NCBI GenBank assembly: GCA_965369865.1 | Contig: CBDURU010000034.1 | Span: 1 to 29,570, forward strand | Direction: 5' to 3' | Length of the DNA stretch: 29,570 nucleotides | Origin: an uncultured bacterium | GTDB lineage: Bacteria; JAJVIF01; JAPKYR01 | Shown here: positions 1-9,298 of the stretch, one piece after another | Numbering within the stretch: the stretch's first letter is position 1 | Layout: each line of letters begins with the position of its first letter | Program-made: the position numbers and the translations under genes | Notes under the pieces: generated by a model | Told to the model about the DNA's origin: nothing | Seen by the model: the letters and a program-made list of their open reading frames with translations, nothing else | The model's database searches: none

Positions 1-165
1 ATCTCATTCGTCCCCGAATGCAGGTGTCCCCTTGTTATTACAATTAATAAAATAATGTAGGGGCCACCGGATTTATTTAAGTTAAAGGGGACATCTCATT
101 CGTCCCCGAATGCAGGTGTCCCCTTGTTATTACAATTAATAAAATAACGTAGGGGCGCCACCGGA
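1..165. repeat. 92-bp-period tandem duplication containing an AAGGGGACA...TGTCCCCTT hairpin and a GTAGGGGC REP-like start
   Basis: 1-71 matches 93-165 except one substitution and a 2-nt indel. Positions 85-125 form the hairpin aaggggacatct-cattcg-tccc-cgaatg-c-aggtgtcccctt. The first copy is cut by the window edge. Confidence 0.85.
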
Positions 166-190
166 CCATAGAACACGACGCGGGGAATTT

Positions 191-2782
191 TCAGTATTTC
201 GATGATTTGGGTTTTGTGAAGAAAATCAACTGTACAAACAACAGGAGGAACATCACACATACTGTCCCGACCGAGATCGTGGTTCCGATGCTGAAACTCG
301 GGGGACGGTAGTAAAACCTGACCCGGTGGCTGCCTTCGGGAATTTCAATCGCGCGGTAATAATTGAACACCCGGTAAATCGTTTTTACCGGAACCCCATC
401 GATCTCCGCGCGCCATCCGGGATACCAGGTATCGGCGAGAACCAGGTACGCCGGATCGGGAGTGTATACATCGACAAAAACCTGCTCATCGATAATCCCT
501 CCACCCCTGACCCTTGAACCGCTTACCCCCCCGACCGGCATAATGGTTGCCGTGGCGGTTCCCGAACTCCCTTCCGGGAAAGTCCTTCTTTCAATCGGAA
601 GCGGATCCATGATCAGAGCATTCCTCGGATCCAGCTCACCCTTAAATAATTCGTCTTGCCATACTGGTGTAGCTGGCAGGATTCTTTCCGGACGTGCAAC
701 CCAGGCTCTCGGAAAAACATAATTATTTCGGTAGATCTTTATCGGACCGTCGTCAATAAGTGTAAAGCGATCGGAATCGGTAAATTCGACGGGAGTCAGG
801 ACGTAACGGCTTGCCATGAGGTCGATTAACATGGACCGGTCATCCCAGTATTTAAGATGTTCCGATTCGATTTGCCGATTCGGGACGAAACCAAGAAGCT
901 GCCGGCTGGCTGCGGCCTCCAGATTGAAATAGCTTTCAAGGAAGAGGCTCGCGAATCCATTGGATGATTTCAATCCCCAGTGCATGAAAATATTCGGCGA
1001 CAATGCCTCCCTGAAAGCGCGATAATCGTCGATATTGTTCGATCCACCGCCGTTGTACCAGACCTGATCCTCACTTCCCTGGTACCCGAAAATATTCCTT
1101 GCATAGTTCAGCCTTAAGGTGGAATAGAATCTTGGATGCTCACCGTCCCTCATAAGGACCTGTGCCGAACGCGGCGGTTCGGTGAAGAAATTTTTATTTG
1201 TCGTTCGCATCCCGGGCACGTTAAGGGACATGAAATACAGGTCGGCAATGGTGAGCAGGACAAGGAGTGTTATCAAACCTCCAGCGCGTCCTTTTTTCCC
1301 GAACAAACCGATCGCATAATGGAATATCGCCGCCGCTATAAGTGCATGGAAAAGCGCGAAGGCGAGATGGATCTGCCATCGGTTGAATGTTTCGGTTGAA
1401 ACCCCGCTCTTTCCACCGCCGATGAATTCACCGAGGGTCCATGCGAATATCGAATGCCAGATTTCCCGGATAGCGGGTACAAATAAAACTCCGAGCGAAA
1501 ATAACGCGACCAGAAACAGGAGAGAGCCGACAAGTCCCATAATAGCCGGCTGGATTACAGGTTTCTCGGTCTGGATTCCGGTTACGATTGAGTCGAGTCC
1601 GAATCCCGACAACAAGGTCCCTGCGAAAATCGCGATAATCCAGAACCTGTCCGGGGCACGGAATTTATCGAAAAACGGCACGTATGAATAGATGGATTCA
1701 TAAAGCGGTCCGTATTTACCGATCGCGAGGATCAGGAAAAGCACAAGCAGGATAAAGAGGATAAAAACACCGCGTTTCTTCGAACCAAGTGCTGGTAGAA
1801 TAAGCAGCAATGGTGCAATTCCAATGTATGGGAAAAAATTCGCCGTGATCCTGACAGGAAGAAGCGAACCGTCGGAATACACCCCATAGAACGTAGGTAA
1901 AACCACATCTATAAAATGCTCCGGCGGGAAACTGAACGCCGACGCAACCTCGTAACCGCCCTGTGTGCCCCGCCATGCGTGCAGCATGAGTTCAAGCGTT
2001 GGTAGTAGCTGGAATGCATACAGAAATACGCCGAGCATCAACATCAAAATGAACTGCAGGACCGGCACAAACGATGTCTGCTTGCCTTTGCCCGGCGACA
2101 ACACCAGGAAAACCACATACGGCACCAAAGCAAGAACGGTTATCCCGGTCACCTGGAGACTGCCGCCCATCATCTGGAAAACCAGTGCAATAGAGGCAAG
2201 CAGTGGAAATACAAGGCTGGCACGTTTCGCGCCCATGGTCATGAACATAAAAATCAAAGGGATCCAGACAATTGAACGGAATATCGTGAAGTTGATTGGG
2301 AGGCTGAGGAACAATCCCGAAAACGCGAACGCGAGACTCGCAAAAAGGCTTGCCCACGGCGGGAGTTTAAGCGTTCGCGCGAGGAAATACTGGAACCAGC
2401 CCGCGAGGAGAAAATGCAGGACGACATCGTATGAAAACGCTTTTACGGTTGGAATGAAGAAGTAAACCAGTCTGGTTGGCGGATAAAAAAGCGCGCCCTG
2501 CGATTCGGCAAAAAGCGGGAACCCCATGAAGAAATCGTCCGACCAGAGCGGAAATCGTCCCGCCATCAGGGCTTCATGGTTGTACCACTGCCACGGCGAA
2601 TAGACATTCATCACGTCGCCCGCGAAAAATATCTGCCCGTTCAATAAAATGTCGAGGAAGAAAAATACGACGAGAAAAAATATCAGGATCAGGTTAAATA
2701 CATCCTGAATGAAATATTTCCCGGCCTGTTGCGACCCGGTTTCCGTCTTAATATTATTTCCTGTTTCGCCGGACATGCGCAC
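191..2782 (-). CDS. YfhO-family polytopic membrane protein (putative GT-C glycosyltransferase)
   Basis: 863 aa with many TM segments. Motifs GD..VYSPW, PLWSDDFFMGFPLFAESQGALFYP, FRAPDR, and C-terminal LADTWYPGWRAEIDG...G.H.V.F.Y.P before a final TM are typical of YfhO-like proteins. True start may be ATG 2776. Confidence 0.8.
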   Translation of the reverse strand: MRMSGETGNNIKTETGSQQAGKYFIQDVFNLILIFFLVVFFFLDILLNGQIFFAGDVMNVYSPWQWYNHEALMAGRFPLWSDDFFMGFPLFAESQGALFYPPTRLVYFFIPTVKAFSYDVVLHFLLAGWFQYFLARTLKLPPWASLFASLAFAFSGLFLSLPINFTIFRSIVWIPLIFMFMTMGAKRASLVFPLLASIALVFQMMGGSLQVTGITVLALVPYVVFLVLSPGKGKQTSFVPVLQFILMLMLGVFLYAFQLLPTLELMLHAWRGTQGGYEVASAFSFPPEHFIDVVLPTFYGVYSDGSLLPVRITANFFPYIGIAPLLLILPALGSKKRGVFILFILLVLFLILAIGKYGPLYESIYSYVPFFDKFRAPDRFWIIAIFAGTLLSGFGLDSIVTGIQTEKPVIQPAIMGLVGSLLFLVALFSLGVLFVPAIREIWHSIFAWTLGEFIGGGKSGVSTETFNRWQIHLAFALFHALIAAAIFHYAIGLFGKKGRAGGLITLLVLLTIADLYFMSLNVPGMRTTNKNFFTEPPRSAQVLMRDGEHPRFYSTLRLNYARNIFGYQGSEDQVWYNGGGSNNIDDYRAFREALSPNIFMHWGLKSSNGFASLFLESYFNLEAAASRQLLGFVPNRQIESEHLKYWDDRSMLIDLMASRYVLTPVEFTDSDRFTLIDDGPIKIYRNNYVFPRAWVARPERILPATPVWQDELFKGELDPRNALIMDPLPIERRTFPEGSSGTATATIMPVGGVSGSRVRGGGIIDEQVFVDVYTPDPAYLVLADTWYPGWRAEIDGVPVKTIYRVFNYYRAIEIPEGSHRVRFYYRPPSFSIGTTISVGTVCVMFLLLFVQLIFFTKPKSSKY

Positions 2783-2917
2783 AATAGGACGCGTTAGCAG
2801 CGCCTTTATTAATATCGTTTAAATCTAATTTAGTTTACTTAAGGGAATTACCGTTATTGTCCTGGGAGAAGGGAGATGAAATGCTTACTTGAGACCGCTG
2901 CAAAAGCCTGAATTTGG

Positions 2918-3045
2918 ACCAGGGCGCAGCAAGCGACGCCCCTACATCTGGATTTTTGGTAATTAACCAGGGCGCAGCAAGCGACGCCCCTACAAGCCTC
3001 TATTCATTAGGATCTTGTCTGTAGGGGCGTTGCTTGCTGCGCCCT
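2918..3045. repeat. Cluster of three GTAG-family REP sequences (GTAGGGGCGTYGCTTGCTGCGCCCT)
   Basis: Two identical copies accagggcgcagcaagcgacgcccctaca at 2918-2946 and 2966-2994, plus an inverted copy at 3020-3045. Each has a GTAG foot followed by an imperfect palindrome. Confidence 0.9.
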
Positions 3046-3066
3046 ATTTTCCCTTTCGCAACGGTC

Positions 3067-3663
3067 TTATTTATTAAATTCGTTCCAGAGTTTCCAGAAC
3101 GCGCTGATCGGGAAACCGACAACGTTGAAGTAACAGCCTTCTATTTTTTCTATATATTTCGAGGCCTGGCCCTGGATTCCGTAACCTCCGGCTTTATCAA
3201 AAGGTTCACCGGTTGCAATGTACTCCTGTATTTCTCTCCCGCTCATCGGGATGAACTTCACCCTGGTGGTTACGGATATACTCTCAATCCTATCTCCATC
3301 GCCAGGTTTTTCACTGGTATCCCGACTGCTGACAGCGACACCGGTAGCGACTGTATGCCAGTTCCCGGCAAGCCTGTCAAGGAACAATGCTGCTTCCGAT
3401 TCGTCGGACGGTTTCCCAAGGACAACGCCATCGTCAGAGATAACGATCGTGTCCGCCGTGATAAAAGTACCAGGTAGATTCGATGCCAGTGCAGCCCTGG
3501 CTTTAGCCCTGGAGAGAAATTCCGCCTGACCGACAACATCTCCTGAATAGTCGTTCAAAGCCGATTGCTCGTCGAAATTTTCGAGTGGTTTTATTTCAAA
3601 TTCAAGCCCGGTGAGTTTAAGCAGTTCCCGACGCCTTGATGATTGAGATGCAAGGTATATCAT
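3067..3663 (-). CDS. maf: Maf family nucleoside triphosphate pyrophosphatase (YhdE-type, dTTP/UTP)
   Basis: IYLASQSSRRRELL, ADTIV, LGKP, DKAGGYGIQ and NVVGFP motifs. Likely start is MIYLAS at 3663; the ORF is open to 3699. Confidence 0.95.
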   Translation of the reverse strand: MIYLASQSSRRRELLKLTGLEFEIKPLENFDEQSALNDYSGDVVGQAEFLSRAKARAALASNLPGTFITADTIVISDDGVVLGKPSDESEAALFLDRLAGNWHTVATGVAVSSRDTSEKPGDGDRIESISVTTRVKFIPMSGREIQEYIATGEPFDKAGGYGIQGQASKYIEKIEGCYFNVVGFPISAFWKLWNEFNK

Positions 3664-3778
3664 GTTGTCTGTTTCCTGCCGTCCTTGAATAAAATCCAAT
3701 AAATCTTAATTATTATCCCAATTATAAATTCATAAAGAACGGAATGTACTTACTTATTTGTAAAAGTTTGAAATTTTT

Positions 3779-3824
3779 AAAAAAAAATTGCCCGGCGGAT
3801 TCAGGAGGAGCGGAATCCGCCGGG
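3779..3824 (-). terminator. Intrinsic-terminator-like hairpin with CUCCUCCU loop
   Basis: 12-bp perfect stem 3791-3802/3813-3824. The minus-strand loop reads cgctcctcct and is followed by caa and a 9-nt U tract. Confidence 0.75.
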
Positions 3825-4009
3825 ACCTAACATGAGAATCGCCAAATTCAGTTAAGAAGATAAATCTTCCTACTATTTATATACCACTTAATATCGATCT
3901 CGAAAAGGGCGTAAAGGGCGCTTAACAAAATTTTACCCATTTTTTATATATTTTCAGTGAAACCCGCTCTTTTAAGTTATCCCCAGACCATTTAAACTAT
4001 GTACCTGGC

Positions 4010-5389
4010 ATGAATACCAAACCCGGATCGAAAATCCTCGGGCTGATCAGTCTCGGCTGCCCCAAAAATACCGTCGACAGCGAATTCCTGCTTGGACAAC
4101 TGAAGGAATTGGGATGGAGTTTCACTGATAACATCGATGAGGCCGATTGCCTTATTGTGAATACTTGCGGATTTATCCGGGACGCGAAACTCGAAAGCGA
4201 GGATGCCATTAAAGAAATATGTGAGGTTAAGGATGACCGTCCCGACGTCCTGCTCGTTGCTACCGGTTGCCTGCCTCAAAGGGATTCTGTCAATCTTCAG
4301 ACCCAGTTTCCAAAACTTGATCTTGTTGTCGGCGTCGGCAGCCTTGGAAGGCTCCCTGATCTGATTGAATCAAAATGGAAGGGACAGAAAATCAAACCTG
4401 ATTTACACACAGAATTTTGTTCGCCGGGACGAGCGACGCTCCCACATTCGAGGTTCCCAAGGCTCAGGCTGACCCCGCCATGGACCGGGTACATGAAAAT
4501 TTCCGAAGGCTGTAATCACGAGTGTTCTTACTGCACGATCCCATCCATCAAAGGCCCGCAGATTTCACGGCCGATCGACGATCTCGTCAGGGAAGCTGAA
4601 ATCCTTGCGTCCGAAGGCGTCAAAGAATTAATAATTATCAGCCAGGACACAACGGCGTTCGGATCGGACTCAGGTTCGAACCTGAAAAATCTTCTGACTG
4701 TGCTCGATAAGGTGGAAGGACTCTCGTGGATCAGGCTGCATTACCTGTATCCGAGCAAGATCTCCGGTGGACTGCTCGATGTAATCGCCGCGTCCGATAA
4801 AATCCTCCCGTATTTCGATATCCCCCTTCAACATGTCCAGCCCCGGATCCTGAAGGCAATGCACCGACTTGCTCCTGAAACCGATACACTCAGGCTTGTC
4901 GAGAAAATCAGGGAGAGATTTACAGACACCGAAACACCGGCATGCATACGAACAACTTTTATCGCAGGATTTCCGGGTGAAACCGAAAGCGATGTCGAAG
5001 CGCTTCATGAATGGATAGAACGAGCGAAAGTCGACCGCCTTACCGTTTTTCAATTTTCACCCGAAGATGGAACTCCCGCGGCAATACTTCCCGACCAGAT
5101 CCCTCTGCATATTTCGGAATCGAGAATGCACAGGCTGATGGAATCCCAGCAGGAAATAACCCTTGAAATCAATGAAACATGGATCGGGAAGGAAATTGAT
5201 GTGCTTCTCGAAGGTGTTACCGATGACGATCGCGCTGTTGGAAGGAGCTATCGGGATGCTCCTGAAATCGATGGGTTTGTGATTGTTAAGGGGGTACCGG
5301 AAAATATAAACGAGGGGGATATTGTACGGACCAGGGTAACCGGCGCGATGCCGTATGACCTGGAAGCTGAATTTATTCGGGTTATTTAG
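4010..5389 (+). CDS. rimO: Ribosomal protein S12 methylthiotransferase RimO
   Basis: SLGCPKNTVDSE, NTCGFI and GCL (UPF0004), radical SAM CNHECSYC, WIRLHYLYP, and TRAM domain GRSYRDAPEIDG. Confidence 0.97.
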   Translation: MNTKPGSKILGLISLGCPKNTVDSEFLLGQLKELGWSFTDNIDEADCLIVNTCGFIRDAKLESEDAIKEICEVKDDRPDVLLVATGCLPQRDSVNLQTQFPKLDLVVGVGSLGRLPDLIESKWKGQKIKPDLHTEFCSPGRATLPHSRFPRLRLTPPWTGYMKISEGCNHECSYCTIPSIKGPQISRPIDDLVREAEILASEGVKELIIISQDTTAFGSDSGSNLKNLLTVLDKVEGLSWIRLHYLYPSKISGGLLDVIAASDKILPYFDIPLQHVQPRILKAMHRLAPETDTLRLVEKIRERFTDTETPACIRTTFIAGFPGETESDVEALHEWIERAKVDRLTVFQFSPEDGTPAAILPDQIPLHISESRMHRLMESQQEITLEINETWIGKEIDVLLEGVTDDDRAVGRSYRDAPEIDGFVIVKGVPENINEGDIVRTRVTGAMPYDLEAEFIRVI

Positions 5390-5473
5390 ACCAGATATTA
5401 ACCATCTATTGCCACTGCGGATTGATTTATAGGTTACCGGATCATTACGATTAAATTGAAAAATGGAAAAAAT

Positions 5474-5548
5474 ACCGTAGAACAGCACGGCAGTGCGTCT
5501 TCCACCTTGAAACAATCCTTTCGACGCACTGCCGTGCTGTTCTACGGT
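5474..5548. repeat. REPIN-like element with 26-bp perfect inverted repeats and a 23-bp spacer
   Basis: accgtagaacagcacggcagtgcgtc (5474-5499) and its exact reverse complement (5523-5548), with GTAG feet. A second copy lies at 29501-29570. Confidence 0.9.
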
Positions 5549-5687
5549 TTTGTCATTTTTTTGATAGCTAAAAATTATTAATTTTTCCTATAAGTGCTAC
5601 AAACCGAGTATTGTAATAATTGCTTTAAATCTGCATGTCGGGTACCATTCGCTTCATTAAGACCGTTTTTTGTGGGAGTAAATACGG

Positions 5688-6218
5688 ATGGAAAAGGAAA
5701 AGAAAGGAAAAGCAACATTCAGGACCGGCCTCAAGACGGATCGGGACCTGGCGAATGCTGAAAAAATCATATACGGCTTGAGAGGTAGGAAATTGACCTT
5801 GGCAACCGCCGAAAGTATGACCGCGGGCGCATTCGGCCACGCTTTAACACGGGTAGCGGGGAGTTCTTTAGTTTACAAAGGCGGGGTGATTGTTTATACA
5901 AAGGAATTGAAGAAACGACTCCTCGGTCTTCCCGACGACCTTCTCGACATGGGCCTGATCACACCTGAAATTACAATCGAGATGGCCAGGAAAACGCTTG
6001 AGATTTTTAACGTGAATATCGCAGTGGCTGTCACTGGAAACGCCGGACCGACATCGAATGACAAAAGCGCCGGTGTCGGACAGGTATACTGGGCGATTAT
6101 AGACGATAGCGGTATGTGCGAAATCAGCGATCACAATATTTTCGGGAACCGCGACGATGTTCGCAGGAAAGCCGTTGGCTTCGGATTACGCCTCCTCCGT
6201 GATTTTACCGAAATCTGA
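5688..6218 (+). CDS. pncC: CinA C-terminal domain protein / NMN deamidase PncC
   Basis: LATAESMTAG, GSS.VYKGGVIVY, EMA, AVTGNAGP, VGQVY and GNRDDVR motifs. Confidence 0.85.
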   Translation: MEKEKKGKATFRTGLKTDRDLANAEKIIYGLRGRKLTLATAESMTAGAFGHALTRVAGSSLVYKGGVIVYTKELKKRLLGLPDDLLDMGLITPEITIEMARKTLEIFNVNIAVAVTGNAGPTSNDKSAGVGQVYWAIIDDSGMCEISDHNIFGNRDDVRRKAVGFGLRLLRDFTEI

Positions 6219-6245
6219 TCCATCGGATTCCCGCAAAGTCATATC

Positions 6246-6941
6246 ATGCACATTTATTTAATCCGACATGGTTTATCACTCGCCAATGCTGAAGGACTGA
6301 TCCAGGGACATTCCGACTCGGGCCTTTCCGAAGTCGGCATAGCCCAGGCAAAACTCCTCGGGCGGTATTTCGATCGGGAGCGAATTTGCCCCGATATAAT
6401 TTTCTCATCCCCCTTGAAACGCGCTCATCACACTGCCCGACTGATCGCGGATTCACTGGACTATCAAACCGGGATTATTACGAATGATAATTTCAAGGAA
6501 ATAGATGTCGGTGAACTGTCCGGAACTTCAATTGAAGCGGCATATAAAAAATATCCCCACGGCTGGTCGCGGGATATCAATAAATGGCTCGATTTCTCTC
6601 TCGCTGGCGGGGAGAGTTTCAAAGAATTCTTCGCCCGTGTGGAAACGGCAACTTTGGAAATAACAAAAGGCTGGGATTTTCTTGACGATCGAACCGTATT
6701 TTTCGTCGCTCATGCGGGGGTTTTAAGACCGTTGATAAAAACACTCCTCTCGACCGAAAGCGACATGATGTTCTTCACTTTCGGGAATTGCTGCCACATA
6801 AGACTCACGTTCCGCCCAGTCAGCAACAGCGTCAGGAAAGTTATGAGCGACCTTATGAAGATTGAAACGGTAGCTAAACTAATGGGTGAGGAAAATCCAT
6901 CCGATGGTTTTGAAGATACTGTCGGTAAGAAAATCGGGTAG
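6246..6941 (+). CDS. Histidine phosphatase (phosphoglycerate mutase-like) family protein
   Basis: LIRHG, SSPLKRA..TA, E.DVG, GGES and VAHAG motifs. Confidence 0.92.
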   Translation: MHIYLIRHGLSLANAEGLIQGHSDSGLSEVGIAQAKLLGRYFDRERICPDIIFSSPLKRAHHTARLIADSLDYQTGIITNDNFKEIDVGELSGTSIEAAYKKYPHGWSRDINKWLDFSLAGGESFKEFFARVETATLEITKGWDFLDDRTVFFVAHAGVLRPLIKTLLSTESDMMFFTFGNCCHIRLTFRPVSNSVRKVMSDLMKIETVAKLMGEENPSDGFEDTVGKKIG

Positions 6942-6944
6942 TGC

Positions 6945-7568
6945 CTACAGCTTTCTTATCTCCCAGACGTAGTGAATAAAAAATTCCCTGAAAGAACTCA
7001 GGCGGCGGGTCTCCTCGTAATCTTCCCCCTGCACTCTCATGCTGTCTCCACGCATGACCATTACATTATCCTCTGGCCACTCACCCTCCAGTTCAACCGG
7101 GAACAGGAAATCCCGGAACTCGATCTGCTGCGATGGATCGTTGGGATCCGGCAGTGTCAAAGGGAGTTCCACTGCCGATAATTTATATCCTTCATTATCG
7201 ATCTCGCCTGTCAATTGGACTTCGAAGCTTATGTACTGGTCCCATTTCCCCTGCGCGATATCTTCATAAGACAGGATCAGCTCGCTGTCTGAACTCCAGA
7301 AAAAAAACTGCAACTGCGCCTTCCCCACAAGGCTGCCATCATCGTACTCATCCAGTTGGACGTTCGCCTCGATATTCCATGCCGCGTTCCAGTAAGAGGT
7401 TTCCTGCCTCAGGACAAGCCTTGCGTTGGTATCGATATTACCCGCCCAGGTTCCGATATGATAAGCGTTCTCGGGTTCATCAGGTGCATCATTACCCGGA
7501 CATCCGGTGAGAACAATCAGAATGACTGGGAGTAATGCAGTGGACAGGATTTTTGAAAGGGTCCACAT
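6945..7568 (-). CDS. Hypothetical lipoprotein
   Basis: 207 aa with a signal peptide ending in a LTGC lipobox and an acidic beta-rich mature region. Confidence 0.7.
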   Translation of the reverse strand: MWTLSKILSTALLPVILIVLTGCPGNDAPDEPENAYHIGTWAGNIDTNARLVLRQETSYWNAAWNIEANVQLDEYDDGSLVGKAQLQFFFWSSDSELILSYEDIAQGKWDQYISFEVQLTGEIDNEGYKLSAVELPLTLPDPNDPSQQIEFRDFLFPVELEGEWPEDNVMVMRGDSMRVQGEDYEETRRLSSFREFFIHYVWEIRKL

Positions 7569-7612
7569 GGATTTAAATTATAATCTGCATATGAGATATG
7601 GGCAAGCCGGCT

Positions 7613-9298
7613 TTAATTGATATGTATAAATTCACATTCCAACTGCGGAAATGGCAAGCCACCGGATTCACCAAGGATTTTCACAACAATTGTACCCGAC
7701 CCCTCGGGACTGAATTTTCCCAGGAACGAGCCGGCATGTGCCGGAAGCGGTTCCATCCCGATTATGCCGTTCTCGAATGTGGATTCCACTATATAGGTTA
7801 CTAATGGTGGTGTATCGCATCCAATCTTACACCTGACAAGCACAAAGATATCATTTGCGAATAATGGGGATGGAACTATTCCCGCAAGAAGTTCCGCACT
7901 TTCAAAAACTCCGCCTCCACTACCCTCGTTACCGATTGATGCCGCGACATTTAGAATTCCGTAGCCCATGTAGTCATCGACCCCGTTGCCGTTAAGATCG
8001 GGACCGCCCATCGGCATTGCTCCCTCTTGGATAAGGGTAATTACTTCCTGCGGTGTCAGGCCGGGATTATTTGAGAGGAGGAGAGCGGCCGCACCGGCAA
8101 CCTGCGGGCATGCAAAGCTGGTTCCATTGAGCCGCGAATAGTTCCGGGTGGCATAGATCGCATACTCAACCTCGGATTTCAGCCGGAAAGGAGTTGTTGT
8201 ATAAACCCTCGTACCGACCGCCGCGACGGTTACGATGGCTTCACCGTAATTTGAGAATTCCGCGCGGGTCAGCAGTGCGGGATCGGTTATCGGCCCGCCG
8301 GTGCTGGTATTTGACAGCGCCGCGACACCGATTACCTCGCTGAATCCAGCGGGATAGTACAATTCATCTGCATCGATCGCTGGATCGCCGGTAGCCTGGT
8401 AATATTGTCCGGGATCTTCATTACCACTGGCCGCGACGATAATTACCCCGGCGTTGTAGGCACTCTTAATTGCCTGGGCTTCGAGAGTATTGGTTCCCTT
8501 CCCGCCGAGTGAGAGGTTGATTACATGTGCGCCGTGGGCTACAGCCGAATCGATTGCCTTTACTTCATCGGCGATAGTGCAAGTGAGATCGGAGCCGCCG
8601 CATGCCCTGAACGCAAGAAGCCTGATATCCCATCCCATCCCCGCGATCCCGATTCCATTGTTTCCCCAGGCTCCGATAATTCCCGCTGTCCCTGTTCCAT
8701 GGCCGGAATCGTCAAACACATTTCCAGCTCCCTGGATTTCAGGGTCCTTGAAATTTTCCTGCCAGATTACCTTGCCGGTAAATTCAGGATGCTCGACATC
8801 CATTCCCGTATCAATTACCGCCACATTTATAAACGCTGAACCCGTGGTTACGTCCCATGCTCCCTCGCTGTCTATCGGGGCCATATATTCCTGCCGGTTG
8901 TAGCTTGGATCGTTGGGTACGTAGGCGCACCGTCTTATCAGGTTTGGATATACATTCCGAATTCCCGCCCTTCCCTCAAGTCGTGTGAGAATTTCAGCAA
9001 CCGATTCTTCCGACAAAATTTCAAAAACCCCGACCGGCCTGTACTGAAACATGTCGGTAAGGTCGAGGCCGTCAAGGGTTTCAGCATCGAGGGAACTCAG
9101 TGTCCTGGCATCATCGAACTCGACAATGACTTCGCCCTGGACATATTCCTGGCTTGAAAGAACATCCTGCCACTCTACGAGTCTCGTGTAGTAGCCATCA
9201 CCGTTCAAATCGGTCGAACTCAGAGCTGTGCTCATAGCCACAAGGAATAAAAGGAGTGCAAATATGCTCAATCTTGAGAAATTCATGGTTTTATTCAC
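7613..9298 (-). CDS. Secreted subtilisin-like S8 serine peptidase
   Basis: Signal peptide, propeptide (YVQGEVIVEF), catalytic triad VAVIDTG / GHGTGTAG / GTSFACP, oxyanion AASGN, and a C-terminal extra domain. Confidence 0.95.
   Translation of the reverse strand: MNKTMNFSRLSIFALLLFLVAMSTALSSTDLNGDGYYTRLVEWQDVLSSQEYVQGEVIVEFDDARTLSSLDAETLDGLDLTDMFQYRPVGVFEILSEESVAEILTRLEGRAGIRNVYPNLIRRCAYVPNDPSYNRQEYMAPIDSEGAWDVTTGSAFINVAVIDTGMDVEHPEFTGKVIWQENFKDPEIQGAGNVFDDSGHGTGTAGIIGAWGNNGIGIAGMGWDIRLLAFRACGGSDLTCTIADEVKAIDSAVAHGAHVINLSLGGKGTNTLEAQAIKSAYNAGVIIVAASGNEDPGQYYQATGDPAIDADELYYPAGFSEVIGVAALSNTSTGGPITDPALLTRAEFSNYGEAIVTVAAVGTRVYTTTPFRLKSEVEYAIYATRNYSRLNGTSFACPQVAGAAALLLSNNPGLTPQEVITLIQEGAMPMGGPDLNGNGVDDYMGYGILNVAASIGNEGSGGGVFESAELLAGIVPSPLFANDIFVLVRCKIGCDTPPLVTYIVESTFENGIIGMEPLPAHAGSFLGKFSPEGSGTIVVKILGESGGLPFPQLECEFIHIN

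Noticed and set aside
1..165. CRISPR array
   Set aside because: The repeat of about 70 bp is too long, there are only two copies, no spacer series is visible and there are no cas genes.
3803..3855. Micro-ORFs MRIAKFS (+) and MLGPGGFRSS (-)
   Set aside because: AGGAGG is about 20 nt from the plus-strand ATG, and the minus-strand ORF has no SD.
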